A stretch of 17,789 nucleotides of DNA from Tubiluchus corallicola (Eukaryota > Animalia > Priapulida): contig JAQGDQ010002013.1 in NCBI GenBank assembly GCA_030141605.1, positions 1 through 17,789 on the forward strand, written 5' to 3'. This document shows positions 9,968 to 17,789 of this stretch, one piece after another. The notes below the pieces were generated by a model. It saw nothing but the letters and a program-made list of their open reading frames with translations. It made no database searches and was not told the DNA's origin. The position numbers and the translations under genes are program-made. How positions within the stretch are numbered: position 1 is the first letter of the stretch; each line of letters opens with the position of its first letter.

Positions 9968-10375
9968 CAGGGGGCGTATCACGACAATAGGGGGTGCCAT
10001 TATCTGATGTTTCTGTTCCACCCGCCATTGCTATACGTTTACGGCTCCTTATATGTACACAGAACTTTTTAATTATTTGCGGTGTGTTAGCAGCTCTATT
10101 TCCTACGTGATTATTATTAGTTACCTATATCCTTTATATAACAAGTGGCTAAGCAAGTGCTTGTGGTGTATTATCTTTTTATATAATAATTGTGCTTATC
10201 TGCTTTATGGTTCTTATATAAATGGTCGTCCAGTAATGCTTGTGGTGTGTTAAAAAACATGAATATACAATTGTAAGCATTTTCCAAGGAGACTAAGATT
10301 TCTTAACAATGCCCCACCCAAAATTAGGCCCCCTAGGCTACAACCCTATTAGGCTATTGGTAAATACGCCTCCTA
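9968..10375. mobile_element. Possible old hAT-like MITE
   Basis: Imperfect inverted ends AGGGGGCGTATCACGACAATAG (9969-9990) and CTATTGGTAAATACGCCTCCT (10354-10374). No convincing TSD. Confidence 0.3.
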
Positions 10376-11348
10376 GGAACAAATAATAATATATAATGCT
10401 CTACACATGGCAGAATTGGTGTCGGCAGCCATGATTGGAACTGCCAAAATTAACAAAATGAATTCAATAAGCAAAAATAATGCAGAATTGGACGGTATAA
10501 TATTTAATGTTAGCTTAAATGAAGATGACGCGCATGCGCTGATGCGCTGATACAAGTGAGTAAGTTAAGCGTGTGAGTAAAAAGGTTGTTTTTTTAAAAA
10601 ATTTGAGTAAATAAATATGTGAGTAAAATGGAAAGTGGTCCAAATGAAAAGATTTAGGACTAGTAATTCAATTTAGTTCCTGGTCCAATCGCAAGTTTAG
10701 CGTAGTTTAAGATTTGGTCCCGTTTTGCTTTAAAACGATCTAGCTGCAATTTCCGCGCACAATTGTTAGTGGTTTACTGTAGAACAAAATCAAGCAATAT
10801 GCAAGATCTTTGTGACACTGCATTTGTATTAATGATTAGAAAACTGGTATGTTTCTTTTCAACATTTTAAAGAGTGGATTGTTTTGACCTACAGTTTAAG
10901 AATGGGTCCGGTTTTGCTTTAACGCGATTACGTTTGTGTAAATAGTAATTATTGTAGACATTGGTGTCACGTGACTAGCCTTGGTGTTTTAAACCTACTC
11001 ATACAAAACCAAGGTGATATTCTAATGTAAATCTTCGTGTCGAGTTTGTCTTTTGTACAAAGATACAACCGCTGGCATTTTCTCTAAAGAATTAGTAAAT
11101 GAAAGATAAACATAGTAAGATTTTATGCGTGTAAATAACTTTATTTTATGTTTATTTCATAAACCAGAGCCTATGGCTCATTGACATTCATTAAGCCTTA
11201 TTTTCAATGACAAGATCATTACATAGCATACTGTTCATCTTCTCTTAAAAACGCTTTTTCAGCATTATCAATAAATACCTTAATTACTTCTATCATTACT
11301 TCCTATCAAGAATACAAATTTATCAGCATCGCTCATAAGGAAAAATTT

Positions 11349-11850
<502 letters not shown>

Positions 11851-12436
11851 ACTGTATAATTGTACATTACATACAATACGTATATAACATATATTGGACT
11901 TTACTATTAATGTTTAAGCTTCATATTTTGATTAGCCAGAGTTACCTGATCATGACCATGTTATGATTGAAACGTTACAGATGACTGTGCTGGAATAAAT
12001 AGCAACGTATTTGCTTGTGTGGGTGCCTAGTAGTACATATATTCATATTTGAGAACATGTCTCACATCAAGGCCACTTCGTGTTTTGAAACAAAACGGGG
12101 ACTATTTGACTGGTAAATACGGGAGCCACGCCACTAAATTATATATTGTAAGCTCGTCACAGTTTAGTACAGTGTTATCAACGAGCTTTGTTCCTACAAT
12201 TCGCTAAATAATACTATTTAAGGTGTCCTCGCTCGAAATTGATGTTTTTTCCTTTAATAAGCAAGCCGTGCACAGTCACAATTAAGATTCACCAAGGTCA
12301 CTACTAGTAATGTGGATTGACAAATAAGTCTTTTCACAGTTTCGGCGATTGATGATGATCGCGAAAAGGTCAAAGGTTAAGTGTACCAGACAACGCATTT
12401 GTGTACACCTGATAACGCCTTGTTCCCATGCTATTG

Positions 12437-12718
12437 TAATAGTAATAGTAATAGTAATAGTAATAGTAATAGTAATAGTAATAGTAATAGTAATAGTAAT
12501 AGTAATAGTAATAGTAATAGTAATAGTAATAGTAATAGTAATAGTAATAGTAATAGTAATAGTAATAGTAATAGCAATAGCAATAGCAATAGCAATAGCA
12601 ATAGCAATAGCAATAGCAATAGCAATAGCAATAGCAATAGCAATAGCAATAGCAATAGCAATAGCAATAGCAATAGCAATAGCAATAGCAATAGCAATAG
12701 CAATAGCAATAGTAATAG
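12437..12718. repeat. Compound hexamer microsatellite (TAATAG)23(CAATAG)23(TAATAG)1
   Basis: TAATAG spans 12437-12574 and CAATAG spans 12575-12712, 138 bp each. Confidence 0.97.
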
Positions 12719-12722
12719 TATT

Positions 12723-13855
12723 GTAATAGTAACTGTTCTAACAGCTAGCTAGAATCTTACCTAGTTTATTTTTTTCTTGTTCTCAAGTAAGATCCTGCTA
12801 GTAAATCACTCCATGCACAGAGTAATGCATAATTAAGTTCATGTAAAGCAACTGAAGTTATTGAACTGATTCATCGGAGGGTTTTGCTTTACCCACACGC
12901 CAGTTGACAGTTGTAGCTAAGACGCGCTGCTTTGGTATGCTTAAACTTTGACCTACAGCAACTGCGCGTGCGCACAACGAAATTTGAAAAAGCTTATTGT
13001 GGAAATAAGCCTTTCGTGGTGCTTTGTTTGACTAACATGATCACTGTCATTGCTCTATATTAATTATTATAATATTTATTATTTGACTATGCCTGGTCAT
13101 GTGTGGTTTTAATTACTCGCGTAAAAAACATTGGATCATTGCCCCACGATACTTAGATAATTATGAAAAAAATTGAATTTAACCAGACTTGCTTAGGAAA
13201 GGAAAAAGCTTATTAAGGAACAGGTGCTGTGAGGTTGAAAAAGTGGCGTCTATTCATTTCAAAACCATTTTTTACACTGCTGAGCTTTTGTTCTTGTAGC
13301 TACGGGTGACCTCTATTGGCTCTATTGTTGACTATTGTTGGTGAACTGTTAATAGATCTGACCAGATGAAACGATTGAACGTGGCATTTGCTTGACCATT
13401 GGTCAGTGAAAGGCAAGCGCGAGATAGCCAACACTTCCAACTGTGTGACCTGCTAACCCAGACTGTAACTTAATCCGTCCTAAACCAGTCCTATAGAAAA
13501 AGGTCCTATAGAAAAATAGAAATTCCTATACAAAAACAGTCCTAAAGAAAGAGCTTAACCCCAAATATGGAAAAAAATCAATAAGCTCTTTCAAATTTCG
13601 TTGTGCGCATGCGCAGTTGCTGTAGGTCAAAGGTTAAGCGTACCAAAGCAGCGCGTCTTAGCTACAACCGTCAACTGGCGTGTGGGTAAAGCAAAACCCT
13701 CTGAAGCATCCGTTCAATAACTTCAATTGTTTTACATGGACTCAATTATTCATTAGTCTACGCATAGAGTGATTGGCTAACAGGATCTTACTTGGGAACA
13801 AAACAATAAAGAACTAAGTAAGGTTCTACTTAGCTGTTAGAACTGTTACTATTAC
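12723..13855. mobile_element. Non-autonomous foldback/MITE-like element with 277-bp terminal inverted repeats
   Basis: 12723-12999 is the ungapped reverse complement of 13579-13855 (about 32 mismatches by hand count), with ends GTAATAGTAAC...GTTACTATTAC. The 579-bp non-coding interior has short TCCTATA(G/C)AAAA repeats at about 13489-13550. No TSD was identified and the superfamily is unassigned. Confidence 0.88.
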
Positions 13856-14004
13856 CTTTGTCGTCATGGTAACTCATCATAATTATCATTACGAGGTTTG
13901 TGACATTGCGTGAATCGTTTGAGGCATTCACAGCAAAGATTCTCAGCTTCTTCAAAGCTTTTAGTGTCAAATGTTCGAGAAGAAATGGTTCCTGTAATTA
14001 ACGA

Positions 14005-14169
14005 CAGGTGGCGTAGCCATAACAGGGGAGCCCCGGGGAGCAACTGTTCGTTCATAGCATTTTTTTCAGAATTCGCGCCTTTTCAACACCCTGCCATTAC
14101 TTTATTCGACCAACCTCTCTCCCTTGTTTTTTTTTAACGGGCGTGCATTTAACCTGGCTACGCTCCCTG
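14005..14169. mobile_element. hAT-like MITE, 165 bp, with 8-bp TSD
   Basis: TIRs CAGGTGGCGTAGCCA (14005-14019) and TGGCTACGCTCCCTG (14155-14169) match 13/15. Flanks are ATTAACGA (13997-14004) and ATTAATGA (14170-14177). Confidence 0.85.
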
Positions 14170-14988
14170 ATTAATGACCCAAACATTTTGTCCTCGCGGA
14201 TTTGGCTCACCTACTTCACATTTTGCAAAAAAAACACTCGACCCAGGCCTTGCGGGCACGAAAACGGATCCAGAAAATTCCAGTTATCTTCACCACGGTA
14301 AAATAAACACATTTCTCAACGCAGCAGTAAATTTGAAATTTGAATTTTTATCTTAAAACTTGCCTAGTTTCAGTACAACACACTGAATGTCTTACCGTAG
14401 CATTATACTTCGATTTTCACTTTCGCAAACACGTGCAGCACGTTCGTGGAATATTTTTACTGTTGAAAATTATGTTAGTTTGTGACGTTATCAATAGTTG
14501 GGCTCGTCCACCGTTAATTAAGATTGTAATCTATTATTTAATTATCAGAAACGCTTTTGCAGTATTAATTGTGTTAAAATGCATACTTTTTATAGGACTT
14601 GAAAATAGGGCAGGATATGAAAAATTATCCTGTCTTCCTTTAATTCCATTTAGGCCACTCCCCTTTTCTACATGCGCAAATTAACATCGTCCAATTCCAT
14701 AAATCTAAAAGATTAATACATCGTTAACATCGTTAATGATTCCCAGAGTATAAAAACAAGCCTTAACTATGTAGTAAATAGACAGCTTGGACACCCAGTC
14801 ATCATGTTTCAACTTGTATCGTGGCGAGAACGGTTTGACCTTGAGTTAATTAGTTCGTGACAAATATCCATCCGCGGTTAATCACTGTGTAATTGCAGTT
14901 GTTACAGCGCAGACGTAATTAGTACATTCCAAAGCAGCGCCAGCAACTGCAAGGTGGTCAGTAGGCGTGAGCATACTGTACCAGAACG

Positions 14989-15341
14989 CGAATTCGAATC
15001 GAATCGAATTTGCCACTTTCGAATTCGAATCGAACCGAATTTCAGCTTTTCGAATTCGAGTTGAGTTCAAAAGATTTTTGAAAAACTTTTCGAACAGCTA
15101 GTTTAAAAGTAGTCCTACATGATTCGAATTCGATTCGAGTTCAATGGATTTTTGAAGAACTTTTCGAACAGCTAGTTTAAAAGTAGTCTTACATGATTCG
15201 AATTCGAATTGAGTTCAAAAGATTTTTGAAGAACTTTTCGAACAGCTACTTTAAAAGTAGTCTTACATGATTCGAATTCGAATTGAGTTCAAAAGATTTT
15301 TGAAGAACTTTTCGAACAGCTATTTTAAAAGTAGTCTTACA
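14989..15341. repeat. TCGAA-rich segment and 74-bp tandem repeat (4 copies), possibly a hAT-type subterminal region
   Basis: Dense CGAAT/ATTCG motifs from 14989. The 74-bp units start at 15048, 15122, 15196 and 15270. A candidate terminus TAGGCGTGAGC lies at 14962, with no partner end found downstream. Confidence 0.85.
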
Positions 15342-16103
15342 AAGATCGTGCATATTGCTTGATTTTGTTCTGCACTATTAGTTTGTTAAATTTTTCTGCT
15401 TAGAAACTGCAATGGAAAAATATTGCAATCTCTTTTCTCCAATACTTGTCAGACATTTTCTCTATGGAAGGGCGAAAGCGCTACAGTAAAATGCTGAAGA
15501 TATGAATGCAGGCCAAAAATAGAATTTCTGCTAAAAATTTCTTAACGATAATACAAAAAGTGCTAATTTTAGTGTCAAGAAAAATGTGCCAACTTCCGTT
15601 TGAGAACGTCCGTCTTACAGTGGTCAAAAAGAATTCCACAGATAAGCAGCCTGAGGAAAAATCGATTTATAAGCATATGTCAGAATTGTATTATTATTAT
15701 TAAAATAAATAATATAGGACGTCATAGCAAACGAAGATTATGTTATCATTGATTAATGTTAGAATAACAGAAAACTGTCTCACAAACTGTGATTAATCTC
15801 AATCTGTCTTGTTCCACTTTGTCTAAAAAGTACAATCCGTTATTATCCATTCGCAATGATAAATTCGGTTCTTCTTTTATTATCCTACATCAAAAATTAG
15901 TGCTTTAAGGTTTACACGTGTAAAACGTTGTTGCCAACGCAAGCTCCGTATACAATAAGACAGTGTGTAAGTGATATAAAATTTCAAGACGAAGTTTTCA
16001 CTGTTTACTTATGAAAAATATTTTTTGTGCTCTAACGCATTAGAAAGTGACTTTCTACTGTGAATAATTTCACTTGTTATTCTATACAACCTTCGCCATT
16101 CAT

Positions 16104-16178
16104 CAGAGTTGATCGAACAAAGTTGAACACGTGCACAATCCGCAGAGTTGATAGAACAAAGTTGAACACGTGCACAAT
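16104..16178. repeat. 39-bp tandem duplication
   Basis: CAGAGTTGAT(C/A)GAACAAAGTTGAACACGTGCACAAT at 16104 and 16143. Confidence 0.93.
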
Positions 16179-16660
16179 GGATACCATTGTCTTCTCGCTT
16201 CAAAGTGCTATTCATTAGAGAGATTAAACTTACGCTAGCAAACACTAATTCTGTGTTGTTACTAAATCTTTAAATGCTGCCACTTTTCGTCATCCGTAGA
16301 AACGGAACAAGTGGGTCAGCTACAGTTGTACAAAAAGAGGCTATTTGTTGTTTTAATCTGAATTTGAAATCGTCGTAGCGGTGCGCCTGATTTAGTCAGG
16401 CATTCACTGTAGAATTGTAAATCTACCGTTATGCAGAATCACCATATCTATCCTGATTTTTCACATACTACCCCATTTTCAAATCAGATAAAAAGTATGA
16501 ATTTTAACACAATTAATACTGCAAAAGCATTTGCGATATTCAATAATAGATTAAAATTTTAATTAAAGGGCGGGCGAGCCCAACTATTGACGACATCACA
16601 AACTAACATAATTGTCAACAGCAAAAATATACCACGAACGTGTTGTACGTGTGCGAGAAA

Positions 16661-17065
16661 TGAACTGACGCAGCTGATGGCTTTACTTTAGCCATCATGT
16701 GATACAGCATATTCCAGGCATTACGATCGGGATTTGTTATTCTAAAAGGGAGTAGCCCAAGACGAGACCTGAACTGACGCTGCTGATGGCTTTACTTTAC
16801 CCACACGACACGTGACGGTTGTAGTTAAGACGCGTTGCTGTGGTACACATCATGTTGTACAGCATATTCCAGGCAGTACGATCGGGATTTGTTATTCTAA
16901 AAGGAAGTAGCCCAAGACTAGACCTGAACTGACGCAGCTGATGGCTTTACTTTACCCACACGACACGTGACGGTTGTAGTTAAGACGCGTTGCTGAGGTA
17001 CAGCATATTCCTGGCATTACGATCGAGATTTGTTATTCTAAAAGGGAGTAGCCCAAAACGAGACA
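16661..17065. repeat. Three-unit tandem repeat (109, 155 and about 140 bp) containing sequence homologous to the long-TIR element
   Basis: Units start at TGAACTGACGC (16661, 16770, 16925). 16770-16846 aligns ungapped with 12862-12938. Confidence 0.9.
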
Positions 17066-17653
17066 ACTAAACGGTAGCATTTGTCTTGTGGGTGTGACTA
17101 CAAGGCTTTGACTGCATAGTCTATTGGACACGCGCATTAAATCATTCATTGAAAATAACCGCCAGCACCCGTGTAAGCAGCAGGTTTAAAATCATTTATC
17201 AATTTAGCAATACATGCAGAAGATTAAGTTTATTTTTCTCCTTTAAGTTTTACAGTACATGATAGGTATAATGATTATTTTGACAATTTACAAACTAATA
17301 GATAGCCTACCCCCTACCCGATGTTAAAAAGAAAGGTTAATTGTCCGAAGAAAGGGTGGAGAAAGATCATACGGTGAAGTAAGTCAGCCACCCCTATTTA
17401 CAAACTTAGAGTTCTGGATGTCTGGATTAGAGTTCATATGTAAACCTATTGATATGGTCATGTTCACACAACACTCTTGTTTAAAAATACAGTGCAAAAT
17501 TATACAGACAATCACAAAACAATTACATTTTTGATATTGAAGTATACGCAGACACTAAAAATTCAGGGTACAAAGTACATTGTCGCTAAAATGTTCTTGT
17601 GTTGCATCATCGTAAATTGCGTTTGATTAAGTTTATTTTGTTTCTTGTTTTAG

Positions 17654-17758
17654 CAATCCTCGTTTAAAGTTTGGGGAGAAGAGAGAGTTGACGGTGCCGT
17701 TTACACTATTTACTTGAAAAAAATCCGATACAACTGCTCGTCGATGGGACTTCATGTG
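17654..17758 (+). CDS. Rgl: Internal coding exon of a RalGDS/RGL-family Ral guanine nucleotide exchange factor (segment N-terminal to the REM domain)
   Basis: Acceptor TTTATTTTGTTTCTTGTTTTAG|, donor GTG|GTAAGT, 105 nt, open in phase 0: QSSFKVWGEERVDGAVYTIYLKKIRYNCSSMGLHV. This resembles the WGEE-x-(D/E)GA(V/I)Y-x3-LK(K/R) segment I recall from RGL1 and invertebrate Rgl. Confidence 0.85.
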
Positions 17759-17789
17759 GTAAGTCGCTGACGGCCGCTTGTGGTGGCAT

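Noticed and set aside
14929-14950. Short matches to the long TIR (CCAAAGCAGCGC and CAGCAACTGC)
   Set aside because: They are only 12 and 10 bp, in opposite orientations, and too short to call homology.
14989-15341. Heat-shock element array
   Set aside because: GAA/TTC triplets mostly lack the 2-nt spacing of canonical nGAAnnTTCn arrays.
15506-16245. Short ORFs at 15506-15703 and 16009-16245
   Set aside because: No recognisable domains or splice context. The second owes its internal repeat to the 39-bp duplication.

Overview
AT-rich eukaryotic (invertebrate animal-like) genomic DNA, not prokaryotic. Nearly all long ORFs in the track are artefacts of tandem repeats. The only convincing host coding sequence is a 105-nt phase-0/phase-0 exon at 17654-17758 (+), absent from the ORF track. 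It encodes QSSFKVWGEERVDGAVYTIYLKKIRYNCSSMGLHV, which resembles the N-terminal segment of RalGDS/RGL-family Ral GEFs, so most of the window is probably a large intron or upstream region of that gene. The rest is three minus-strand non-LTR retrotransposon (LINE) relics at about 243-2883, several non-autonomous DNA transposons (piggyBac-like with TTAA TSD, hAT-like with 8-bp TSD, and a 1.13-kb element with 277-bp TIRs), minisatellites and microsatellites. The most unusual observation is a 24-copy 42-bp minisatellite whose unit is the coding sequence of reverse-transcriptase motif A (xSKAFDTVERGFLY), still attached to the rest of its parent RT. Several other arrays also appear to have grown from transposon parts. 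I found no intact novel multi-gene system. All alignments and counts were done by eye.
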